Source of the DNA: Candidatus Woesearchaeota archaeon
GTDB taxonomy: Archaea > Nanobdellota > Nanobdellia > Woesearchaeales > JAWAQC01
Direction: 5' to 3'
DNA length: 44,637 nt
Assembly (NCBI GenBank): GCA_046704905.1
Contig: JBJKRA010000061.1
Location: 1-44,637, forward strand
The notes below the pieces were generated by a model. It searched no databases. It saw only the letters and a program-made list of their open reading frames with translations, and was not told where the DNA came from. The translations under genes were made by a program, and so were the position numbers. Shown here one piece after another: positions 16,993-24,884 of the stretch; the stretch's first letter is position 1, and the number at the start of each line of letters is the position of its first letter.

Positions 16993-17073
16993 GGTTCCCC
17001 CTCGCTGTGCTTATGGGGGAGGGGGGAGCGCGCAGGCTATATTAACCTTATGATAGGAAGAAAGGGAAAGGTT

Positions 17074-18060
17074 TCACTGCGGCCAGATCAGGATCTTGGA
17101 CTTGCGCACGACCGCCGGCGTCTGCCCGTCCAGGTACGTGATCGCGCCGTCCTTGGGCACGAAGGAGAGCTGGAACTGCGTGTCCTCAGGGATCATGTTC
17201 GTCGAGTTGAGCTTGTAGTAGAGCACCATCGACTCCCCTGCCTCGAGGATGGGGTTGCTGTTCCCGATCTTGACCACGTAGCAGAAGAACCGGTCGGGGA
17301 TCAGGTTGTTGAAGTTGCAGATGTTCTCCCTAGGGAACTGCGTGACGTAGAACGAGTCCGCGCTTGTCGGCGAGATCTCGTTGCTCGTGTTCACGGTGAC
17401 GTTGCCTGTCACGTACCCGTAGATCTCCTGGCCGATCATGACCGGCACCTGGTCGAGCGAGAGGTTGACCGGCGTGGTCGAGGCGTTCCTGATATACGTC
17501 CCGAGGCTCGCGTTCGCTATCCCGATGCCGCTGATGTTGAAGAGCAGGTAGTCCGCCGTCGCGCCTTCCCCGACCTTGACGTAGTCGGTGATCTGGTCCT
17601 TGTTCATGTCGTCGGGAAGCGCCGTCCAGCTCGTGTTCGTGATGTTGTAGTCGGCGAACGACATGTTGAACGCGCTCACAGAGCTGTGCTGCAGCGTCGC
17701 GGAGAGCGCCACCTCGTTGGACGAGTAGGAGAGCGCCATGGTGCGCAGGTTCACTTCCGATGCGCCCGGACGCAGCCTGACGCCGATCTCGAGCTGGTCG
17801 ATGCTGCCGGTCGCGTCGCTGTTCGCGCTGATGTCGCTGTTGCCGTACACTTCGGTCACCTCGAGGCCGGTCAGGAGGCGCTGGCGGGCCTGGCCTGCGA
17901 CGGCGTACGAGCGCTCCTGCAGGACGCCCGAGGTCTGGATGATCACGCCCGCCGCGATCGCCGCGGTCAGGATGGTCGCTATGAAGACGATCAGCGTCCC
18001 TATACCGACGAATGCCTTGCGCCGTGCGCGGCTGCAGAAGAGGAAGTTACGGTGCTGCAT
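17074..18060 (-). CDS. arlB: archaellin (archaeal flagellin)
   Basis: 328 aa. The N-terminus, RKAFVGIGTLIVFIATILTAAIAAGVIIQTSGVLQ, is the conserved class III signal peptide plus hydrophobic archaellin domain. The protein contains 10 N-x-S/T sequons. Confidence 0.9.
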   Translation of the reverse strand: MQHRNFLFCSRARRKAFVGIGTLIVFIATILTAAIAAGVIIQTSGVLQERSYAVAGQARQRLLTGLEVTEVYGNSDISANSDATGSIDQLEIGVRLRPGASEVNLRTMALSYSSNEVALSATLQHSSVSAFNMSFADYNITNTSWTALPDDMNKDQITDYVKVGEGATADYLLFNISGIGIANASLGTYIRNASTTPVNLSLDQVPVMIGQEIYGYVTGNVTVNTSNEISPTSADSFYVTQFPRENICNFNNLIPDRFFCYVVKIGNSNPILEAGESMVLYYKLNSTNMIPEDTQFQLSFVPKDGAITYLDGQTPAVVRKSKILIWPQ

Positions 18061-18107
18061 AGGGATTACCTGTTTCGTATACTAATATGGCTCTTTTGGT
18101 AGGAGAG

Positions 18108-18116
18108 TTATATAAA
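18108..18116 (-). promoter_or_regulatory. TATA box for the archaellin gene
   Basis: The minus strand reads TTTATATAA, 48 nt upstream of the ATG at 18060. Confidence 0.4.
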
Positions 18117-18264
18117 TGTTTCGTTTCGTGAGAGTGCGGCGTGAAAAAAGAGGGAGCATGCATGGCTGCTCAGGGTCCATGGGATAGGATTGCGTGGGCA
18201 GTTCTTATTAAGGTTTATCTGTCACCAAGGCATGACAACAAACATTTATTAAAACCGGCCCGCT

Positions 18265-19410
18265 GTGAGAAGGCCATTCGAGTCAGGGGGGAAGTGTGTG
18301 GGATACAGCGATAGGAGGAAAGCGGCAGACCCTTTCTACCTGCAGGACGGCAGCGCGCTCTGGACGCTTCAGGACCTGCAGCAGACCATCGCCGTCATGG
18401 ATGACGGCTTCTACCGTTTCTACGCGAACGAGAGGAAGAATGACTTCGCCCACTGGATAGAGCACGCGTTCGGTCTTCACAATCTCGCCAGGGCCATCAG
18501 GTACAAGGGGAGGGCCGCGGCGGCAGAGACGCTGCAGCAGTACCTCCAGGAACCGCAGCAGGATGAGGTGGAACCATCGGACAGCGTCAGCTCCGAGCTC
18601 GCTTCGATAGAGCGCCAGATCGAGGAGGCGGAGGACGACCTCGGCGAGAAGGAGCAGCAGGGACGCAGGCAGGCGATCCCGCCCCTCATCCTCGAGGACC
18701 CTATAAGGAGGACCTCTGAGCTTGTCCGCTTCGATGAGGAGGAGGAGGCCGGGCGTCATGCGGAGGAGGCGCCCGAACCGGCGGACGACCGGTTGGGGAG
18801 AAGGCTTTCCTACTTCAACAGCAAGGTCAAGGAGATAGGTACCCAGGTCGACGCGCAGCACACGCTCCTCGAAAAGAAGGACCAGGAGATCGCCGAGATG
18901 CGCAGCGCCATGGAGCGTCAGCAAAAAGAGATAGAGAACTACAAGAGGAACCTCCAGCGCATGGTCGACGAGAACCAGCGGATCACCGAGGCCTACCTCA
19001 AGCACAGGGGCAGCGAGGAGCGGGCCGGACGGCTCGAGGAGGAGGCGCAGGAGAAGATCCGCCGCGCGTCAGGCCTCTATGATCGGCTGAGCGCGATGCT
19101 CAAGGACAGGACGATCATCGAGGAGGTCAACAGGAGCGAGCAGGAGAAGGAGCGCTCCATAGAGAGGGAGGAGAGGAGGATAGAGAGCGGCATCGGCGAG
19201 GAGACGGTCGCCGGGCACGACCGCGCAGGCAAGGAGGAGGAGCGCGACGAGATGGCCGGCATAGAGCGGGAGAACCTCAACGAGCTCGCGCGCCTCGAAG
19301 AGGAGATCACGCGCCTGAGCAGGAAGATGGACAACGACTGGGAGAAGTACGAGGGCAAGCTCTTCGCGGCGAAGCGCCATGCGCTCATGTCAGGAGGGAA
19401 GCAACGATGA
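18265..19410 (+). CDS. coiled-coil protein 1 with a small N-terminal globular domain
   Basis: 381-aa ORF that opens at GTG 18265. An in-frame GTG at 18298, preceded by a G-rich SD-like run, is an alternative start. The N-terminal domain reads DPFYLQDGSALWTLQDLQQTIAVMDDGFYRFYANERKNDFAHWIEHAFG. The remainder is E/R/Q/L-rich. Confidence 0.7.
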   Translation: MRRPFESGGKCVGYSDRRKAADPFYLQDGSALWTLQDLQQTIAVMDDGFYRFYANERKNDFAHWIEHAFGLHNLARAIRYKGRAAAAETLQQYLQEPQQDEVEPSDSVSSELASIERQIEEAEDDLGEKEQQGRRQAIPPLILEDPIRRTSELVRFDEEEEAGRHAEEAPEPADDRLGRRLSYFNSKVKEIGTQVDAQHTLLEKKDQEIAEMRSAMERQQKEIENYKRNLQRMVDENQRITEAYLKHRGSEERAGRLEEEAQEKIRRASGLYDRLSAMLKDRTIIEEVNRSEQEKERSIEREERRIESGIGEETVAGHDRAGKEEERDEMAGIERENLNELARLEEEITRLSRKMDNDWEKYEGKLFAAKRHALMSGGKQR

Positions 19411-21620
19411 GCATGCTCCAGAGGCGCGAGATCGAGACCGCTATCAAGAAGATCAGGAGACTGAACAATCACTACCAGCGCCTTGAGCTCGACCAGCAGG
19501 AGCGGCTCAAGGGGATCGAGTCGCGTGAGCAGGAGCTCGCGCAGGCGCTCGGGCAGGAGAAGCTGCTCAAGGAGGATATCGTCCGCAGAGAGACAGAGCT
19601 TGCAGCCAAGGAGCGCGAGCTCAAGGCGCTGGAAAGGACGCTCGAGAGGAGGTCCACCCATCAGGAGGAGCGGGTCATGGAGCTGCACGCCAGGGCGGAG
19701 CAGGAGAAGGCCCGCCTCGAGCAGCTGACCGCATCGATCGCCTCCCTCAAGGAGGAGCGCGACGCCCTGCGTAAGGAGAAGAGGACTGCGGACAACGAGC
19801 TCTCGGCGACGCGGACGGAGCTGCAGAAGGCGCAAGGCGCGCTTGACCGGCTGCAGGGGCAGCAGCAGGAGGTCTCATCCGCGCTCGAGGAGCAGGCAGC
19901 GCTGCTCAGGAAGACGACGGACGATCAGCAGGCCCTGCAGCGCGCCGTAGAGAAGCAGAAGGCAGTGCAGGAGAGGCTCGTTTCGAAGAAGGAGATGGAG
20001 ATCCAGGCCCTCCTCGACAGGAGGGAGCGTCTTGCCGCCGAGACGAAAGAGAAGGCTGCAGAACTGCAGGCAGGTATCGACGCCAAAGAGGCCGAGCTCG
20101 CTGAGCTGGTGAAGGCCTTCGGGGAGAAGGCGGCAGGGATGAAGGAGGAGGAGCAGGCGCTCGCCAGGAAGGAGGCAGAGACGATAGGGCTCCTCGAAAA
20201 AGAGGCCGCGCAGCTCGTGCAGACGAAGGAGAAGGACGCAGAGCTCCGGAAGCTGGTCGCGGCCAGAGAGAAGGATCTTGCAGGGATCGGGAAGGCTCTC
20301 GAAGAGAAGGTCCAGCTGCTCAAGGAGCACGAGCGCATCGCCGCGAAGAAGGAGCAGGAGATCAAGGCCCTGCTCGCGAGAAGCGAGCGGCTGCAGGAGG
20401 AGACGGAGAGGATCGCTTCAGCCGTCCGTGCAGGGGAGGAGGAGAAGAAACGGCGTTTTGCAGAGCTCGCAAAGGAGTATGACGCGAGGGTGCGCGAGAC
20501 GAAGGACCTGGAACAGGCCTTCGCAAGGCTGGATGCCGAGAAGGCGAAAGAGGCCGAGGCCCTCGGGCAGCTGCAGATGCAGAAGAAGGAGGCAGAGCAG
20601 GCGGCCGCCGAGGCGAAGTCCATGGAGCAGCGGCTCGCGGAAAAGGCCCGCGCGCGCGAGAAGGCCATGAAGGAGGCAGAGCAGGCACTCGCAAGGAGAG
20701 AGAAGGAGCAGGAAGGGATGCTCGCAGAAAAGCTCAGGGCGCACGAGAAGGCCATGAAGGAGGCAGAGCAGGAGTTCGCCAAGAGACAGAAGGAGCAGGA
20801 GCAGCTGCTTGCAGGGAAAGCGAAGGAGCAGGAGAAGGGCATAAGAGAGAGGGAGCAGGAGCTCTCGCGGCTCGGCAGGGAGGCAGAGAGGCTCAGGGCC
20901 GTCGTCGACAAGCTCCATGCAGAGGAGCAGGGGATAAAGGATGTCCTCGAGCAGCGCTACGCGCCGCTCCGTGAGAAGGAAAAGGAGCTTGCCGCGCGCG
21001 CGTCTGCGCTCGGAAAGGGGCAGGAGGCCCTCGCGAAAGAGAGGACAGGCCTTGCCGGGGAGCAGAAGAAGGCCGCCGAGGAGAGGAAGAAGCTCAAGGA
21101 GGACGCGAGGAAGTTCAAGGCGATCCACAAGCAGTACATCACGCTCATAAGGAAGAAGCAGAAGGAGCTCTCCGTCCTGACCAGGGAGATGGAGAAGCAG
21201 AAGGCCGAGGCCGGAAAGGAGATCGCGAAGAGGAAGGAGGCGGAGCAGGCAAGGCTGACCGCAGAGAAGGAGCACAAGAACCTCTCGGAGAGCATCGCAC
21301 TCCTCGCCCAGCAGCGGCGCCTCGCCGACGAGGCGCTCGCCAAACGCAAGGCAGAGGCAGATGCGCTTGCCAGACAGGCCAAGGCGAGCGTTGGAGAGAT
21401 TGAGAGGAAGGCCGAGGAGCTCGCCGCAAGGGAAGGCGAGCTGTTCAGGAAGGCGACCGATCTTGCCGAGCAGGAGCAGCGCCTCTCCGCGAAGGACAAG
21501 GAGCTGCAGCTGCGCGAGGATGAGCTCGCCGCAAAGGAGCGCGAGCAGAAGGGCATCGACGCCGAGCTCAAGAAGAAGGAGCAGGACCTCCTCGCCAGGC
21601 AGCTGGAGATGAAGTGGTGA
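19407..21620 (+). CDS. coiled-coil protein 2 (737 aa, E/K/A/L/Q/R-rich throughout)
   Basis: An ATGA overlap joins it to the upstream gene. I see no TM segment, no Walker motif and no globular domain. It contains internal repeats of 29 aa and about 120 aa. Confidence 0.8.
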   Translation: MSMLQRREIETAIKKIRRLNNHYQRLELDQQERLKGIESREQELAQALGQEKLLKEDIVRRETELAAKERELKALERTLERRSTHQEERVMELHARAEQEKARLEQLTASIASLKEERDALRKEKRTADNELSATRTELQKAQGALDRLQGQQQEVSSALEEQAALLRKTTDDQQALQRAVEKQKAVQERLVSKKEMEIQALLDRRERLAAETKEKAAELQAGIDAKEAELAELVKAFGEKAAGMKEEEQALARKEAETIGLLEKEAAQLVQTKEKDAELRKLVAAREKDLAGIGKALEEKVQLLKEHERIAAKKEQEIKALLARSERLQEETERIASAVRAGEEEKKRRFAELAKEYDARVRETKDLEQAFARLDAEKAKEAEALGQLQMQKKEAEQAAAEAKSMEQRLAEKARAREKAMKEAEQALARREKEQEGMLAEKLRAHEKAMKEAEQEFAKRQKEQEQLLAGKAKEQEKGIREREQELSRLGREAERLRAVVDKLHAEEQGIKDVLEQRYAPLREKEKELAARASALGKGQEALAKERTGLAGEQKKAAEERKKLKEDARKFKAIHKQYITLIRKKQKELSVLTREMEKQKAEAGKEIAKRKEAEQARLTAEKEHKNLSESIALLAQQRRLADEALAKRKAEADALARQAKASVGEIERKAEELAAREGELFRKATDLAEQEQRLSAKDKELQLREDELAAKEREQKGIDAELKKKEQDLLARQLEMKW
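20637..20897 (+). repeat. 3 x 87-bp (29-aa) in-frame tandem repeat within coiled-coil gene 2
   Basis: The units start at 20637, 20724 and 20811. A 28-nt block, GAGAAGGCCATGAAGGAGGCAGAGCAGG, is identical at 20658-20685 and 20745-20772. The peptides are AEKARAREKAMKEAEQALARREKEQEGML, AEKLRAHEKAMKEAEQEFAKRQKEQEQLL and AGKAKEQEKGIREREQELSRL... Confidence 0.85.
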
Positions 21621-21622
21621 TC

Positions 21623-23794
21623 ATGCCGCTCTTTGGAAAGCAGAAGGGCCCCGAAGAGCATCTCGCCGAGCTTGAGGCTTCAGGCATGCTCAGGCGTTTC
21701 GTCGAGGACCATAACGGCATCTGGAAGTACCGCGACTGGCTGGCGTTCCTCGACACCCTGCAGCAGAAGGGCTATCAGGGCATACCGGCGGACAGGATCC
21801 TCGACCGGCTCAACGCCGAAAAGGACGCATACTTCAAGGAGGTGCTCGCCTTCCCCGGCGAGCGCCCGGCAAGTGCAGAGGAGAAGAAGGAAGAGCCAAA
21901 AGAAGAGAAAGGGCAAAAGGGGAATAAGAAGACGTTCTTCGGGATATCCGTCCTTCCCGACAGGCCAAAGGAGGAGGGGAAGGACACCGCTCCCCAGAAG
22001 GAGATCATCACGCTCTTCTCCGAGAGGAAGCGCCTCCTCGCAGAGGAGGTCGCGGAGCTCGAGAGGAAGAGGAAGGAGTACAAGGTCGAGCTCCTGCGTA
22101 AGGACAAGGACCTTTCCGGGAGGGAGGAGAGGCTGCGCCGCGACCGCGAGGCCCTCGAGAAGGAGAAGGAGGCCCTCCATGTCCGCGAGGACCAGTACGC
22201 GAAGGAGCGGGGAGAGCGCCTCGATGCCATCAGGGAGCTTGACAAGAAGGTGAGCGGCCTCAAGGAGGAGAGGAAGCGCCTTGCATCGGACACTGAGGCG
22301 GCGCAGGCGGAGCTCGAGAAGCTCAAGCGCTACAACGACCTCAAGAAGAGCAAGCTCGACAACATAGACCATATCATAGAGGCGAAGATCGCGGACCTGC
22401 AGCACCAGAAGCAGGAGATCGGCAAGCAGGAGGACCTGATCAAGAAGCTCCTCGACAACATACAGACAGAGAGGAAGAAGCTGCGCGAGAAGGAGAACGA
22501 CATCGCGGGGAGGGAGCACGAGATGCACCTCGCCGAGATAAGGGAGAAGGCGGAACAGGACAGCGCCAAGCAGTTCGCGAAGCAGCTGCGCGAGGAGAAG
22601 GAGAAGATCGGGCGCGAGATGCGCGACATCGAGCTCCGCAAGCAGAGCGCGAACTACGAGCTCGACAACCTGCGCACGGTCAAGGAGACCCTCGAGAACG
22701 AGGTCAACGCCCTGCGCCAGGAGAAGTACAAGCTCCAGCAGGCGACGCTCTCCGAGGCGAACAGGAACGAGGCCGACCGCCAGGCCATATCCGAGGAGAA
22801 GGAACGCCTGACGATAAAGGGCCATGAGCTCGACCAGCGCGAGAACGCCCTCAAGAAGGAGCGCATGCTCCTCGACTACAACAAGAAGCAGCTCGAGGAG
22901 ATGAGGAGGAGCCTGGAGGAGCAGAAGCAGAGCGCGACCTACCTCCAGCACGAGGACATCAACGAGAGGGAGCGCGAGCTAGGGAGGCGCGAGTCCGACC
23001 TGAAGGCGAGGGCTGACATGCTCGAGCAGAAGAGCGAGGAGCTCGCGGCCCTCCAGCAGCGCATGCTCGACAAGGAGGATCAGCTCACCCACGCGCGCGA
23101 GGCGTTCAAGGTGCAGCAGACGAGCAGCCAGGAGACCCGCCACAACGTGCTCCTCGCCGAGCTCAAGGAACGCGAGGCGCGGATCAAGGAGCTCACCGAC
23201 CTGCTCGCGGCCAAGGAGAAGGTGCTCGCAGAGACCAGGGACGAGCTCTCCGAGAAGCATGCGCAGCTCAGGTACTTGGGCACCCGCGGCGGCGATGAGG
23301 AGGAGAAGAAGGCGCTGCAGGAGCGGATCAGCCATCAGGAGGAGCTCCTGCGCATCAAGGAGCGCGAGCTTTCGGGCCTGCGCCAGCGCCAGCAGGCGCC
23401 CGTACAGCAGGCGGACGATCGTAGGGTGGCGCTCCTCACCGGTGAGATGCGGGACCGCGAGCGCGAGCTTGCCGAGACCAAGAGGCAGCTCGAGCAGAAG
23501 GAGCAGCGGATACAGGAGCTTACGACCAGGCTCTACCGGAAGGAGCAGGCTAAGGACACCCTTATGCCGGGATCGCTCAAGGGCATAGAGGATCGGAAGA
23601 TCGAGCTCGAGCAGCGCGAGCGCAAGCTGCGGGAGAAGGAGCAGCACGTCCTCGCGACCATGAAGGAGGTCAACAAGCGCTCCCTGATCCACTACATCGA
23701 TAGCCTCATAGAGAAGGGCTACGACCAGAAGGTCATCAAGGGCAAGCTCCTCGAGGCCGGCTGGACGCCGGAGACCATACGCGAGTTCCTCTGA
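21623..23794 (+). CDS. coiled-coil protein 3 with small N- and C-terminal globular ends
   Basis: About 723 aa from ATG 21623, which lies 2 nt after the upstream TGA; the ORF opens at GTG 21614. The N-terminal end reads GIWKYRDWLAFLDTLQQKGYQGIP. A coiled coil of about 550 aa follows. The C-terminus reads SLIHYIDSLIEKGYDQKVIKGKLLEAGWTPETIREFL. Confidence 0.8.
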   Translation: MPLFGKQKGPEEHLAELEASGMLRRFVEDHNGIWKYRDWLAFLDTLQQKGYQGIPADRILDRLNAEKDAYFKEVLAFPGERPASAEEKKEEPKEEKGQKGNKKTFFGISVLPDRPKEEGKDTAPQKEIITLFSERKRLLAEEVAELERKRKEYKVELLRKDKDLSGREERLRRDREALEKEKEALHVREDQYAKERGERLDAIRELDKKVSGLKEERKRLASDTEAAQAELEKLKRYNDLKKSKLDNIDHIIEAKIADLQHQKQEIGKQEDLIKKLLDNIQTERKKLREKENDIAGREHEMHLAEIREKAEQDSAKQFAKQLREEKEKIGREMRDIELRKQSANYELDNLRTVKETLENEVNALRQEKYKLQQATLSEANRNEADRQAISEEKERLTIKGHELDQRENALKKERMLLDYNKKQLEEMRRSLEEQKQSATYLQHEDINERERELGRRESDLKARADMLEQKSEELAALQQRMLDKEDQLTHAREAFKVQQTSSQETRHNVLLAELKEREARIKELTDLLAAKEKVLAETRDELSEKHAQLRYLGTRGGDEEEKKALQERISHQEELLRIKERELSGLRQRQQAPVQQADDRRVALLTGEMRDRERELAETKRQLEQKEQRIQELTTRLYRKEQAKDTLMPGSLKGIEDRKIELEQRERKLREKEQHVLATMKEVNKRSLIHYIDSLIEKGYDQKVIKGKLLEAGWTPETIREFL

Positions 23795-23829
23795 GCACCC
23801 TGATTCTTGCCCTCATCGTAGAGAAGGGC

Positions 23830-24840
23830 TCATGCCCTGACCCGCTCGTACGACGCCTTCTCCAGGCGGTTCGTGATGGCGAGCCCTATGCCCTTGGCGG
23901 CGATGGACTCCGAGAGCACCACCTCTATCCCGTTCCTGTCGAACGAGCGCAGCGCCGCGAAGAGGTTGTGTGCGATCTCCTCCTCTGTCGCCCCGAGGTA
24001 GATGGTGAGCATGGAGTCGTACCAGCGCTCGCTCGTGGTGAGCACGCCGATACGCATGCGGCCGTACTCCTTGAGCAGCGAGTTGATCTTTTCGCCGACC
24101 TTCTCGGGGCTGCCCTCCACGATGATGACCTTGGCCTTCGGCGCGTAGTGCCGGTACTTCATGCCGGGCGAGCGCGGCGGCTCCTTGCCTTTCTGCCGGT
24201 ACTGCTCGACCGCCATGACCTCGTTGAGCATCTCGAGCGTTATGCCCCCTGGCCGCAGCAGCAGCGCGGGCCTGTGCGTGAGATCAACCACCGTCGATTC
24301 GAGACCTATCGCGCACGAGCCGCCGTCTATGATGATGTCGACCCTGCCCATCAGGTCCTCGATCACGTGCGCTGCCGATGTTGGACTGGGTCTCGTAGAG
24401 AGGTTCGCGGAAGGCGCGGCGATCGGGGCCTTCGCCGCGCGGAGCAGCGCACGCGCGACCGGATGGCTCGGCATCCGTACCGCGACAGTGTCCAGGCCTG
24501 CGGTGACGGCATCGGGCACCCCTTCCTTCCTCCTGAGCACCATGGTGAGCGGCCCCGGCCAGAAGCGTTCCGCAAGGAGCCTGGCCTCTGGCGGTATGTC
24601 CCTGGCGAGGAGGCTGAGTTCAGAGATGTCCGCGACGTGCACGATGAGCGGGTTGTCCTGCGGCCTGCCCTTCGCGGAAAAGATCTTCGCTATGGCCTTC
24701 GCGTGGAGGGCATGCGCGCCGAGGCCGTAGACGGTCTCGGTCGGGAAGGCGACGAGCCCGTCCCTGTTGATCACCTTCGCTGCCGCCCTGACGAGGGCAG
24801 GGTCAGGGGCGGAAGGGCTGATCGCAAGGATCCTGGTCAT
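23830..24840 (-). CDS. sua5: L-threonylcarbamoyladenylate synthase (Sua5/TsaC, two-domain form)
   Basis: 336 aa from ATG 24840 (MTRILAIS). YrdC motifs are FPTETVYGLGA, KGRPQDNPLIVHV and SANLS. A C-terminal Sua5 domain is present. The longer ORF to 24978 overlaps the neighbouring gene. Confidence 0.92.
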   Translation of the reverse strand: MTRILAISPSAPDPALVRAAAKVINRDGLVAFPTETVYGLGAHALHAKAIAKIFSAKGRPQDNPLIVHVADISELSLLARDIPPEARLLAERFWPGPLTMVLRRKEGVPDAVTAGLDTVAVRMPSHPVARALLRAAKAPIAAPSANLSTRPSPTSAAHVIEDLMGRVDIIIDGGSCAIGLESTVVDLTHRPALLLRPGGITLEMLNEVMAVEQYRQKGKEPPRSPGMKYRHYAPKAKVIIVEGSPEKVGEKINSLLKEYGRMRIGVLTTSERWYDSMLTIYLGATEEEIAHNLFAALRSFDRNGIEVVLSESIAAKGIGLAITNRLEKASYERVRA

Positions 24841-24884
24841 GGGAGGACGCTGGGACGTGCGATGGTTTATATGTGTTTTTCTTT

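Noticed and set aside
16997-17025. A G/C hairpin, CCCCCTC-(15 nt)-GAGGGGG, between the archaellin stop and the MBF1 start.
   Set aside because: I could not assign a role. It lies downstream of the archaellin gene without an adjacent U-tract, and it straddles the predicted MBF1 transcription start. It may be fortuitous in G-rich sequence.
16519-18102. A 527-aa plus-strand ORF covering both MBF1 and the archaellin gene.
   Set aside because: It is antisense to two genes with unmistakable family signatures. The sequence is R/D/L/V-rich with no domain.
18118-18240. About 120 nt of unassigned sequence with short hairpins (GAGCA...TGCTC) between the archaellin promoter and the coiled-coil operon.
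   Set aside because: The stems are only 4-5 bp, and there is no recognisable RNA family motif and no C/D or H/ACA boxes. It is probably just divergent promoter space.
19925-23692. Several long minus-strand ORFs (19925-20911, 20418-21275, 20957-21661, 21680-22951, 22979-23692) that are Ser/Cys/Phe/Leu-rich.
   Set aside because: They are mirror images of the GAG/AAG/GCN-rich coiled-coil genes. Repetitive sense codons automatically keep antisense frames open. The sense strand has operon-style start/stop coupling.
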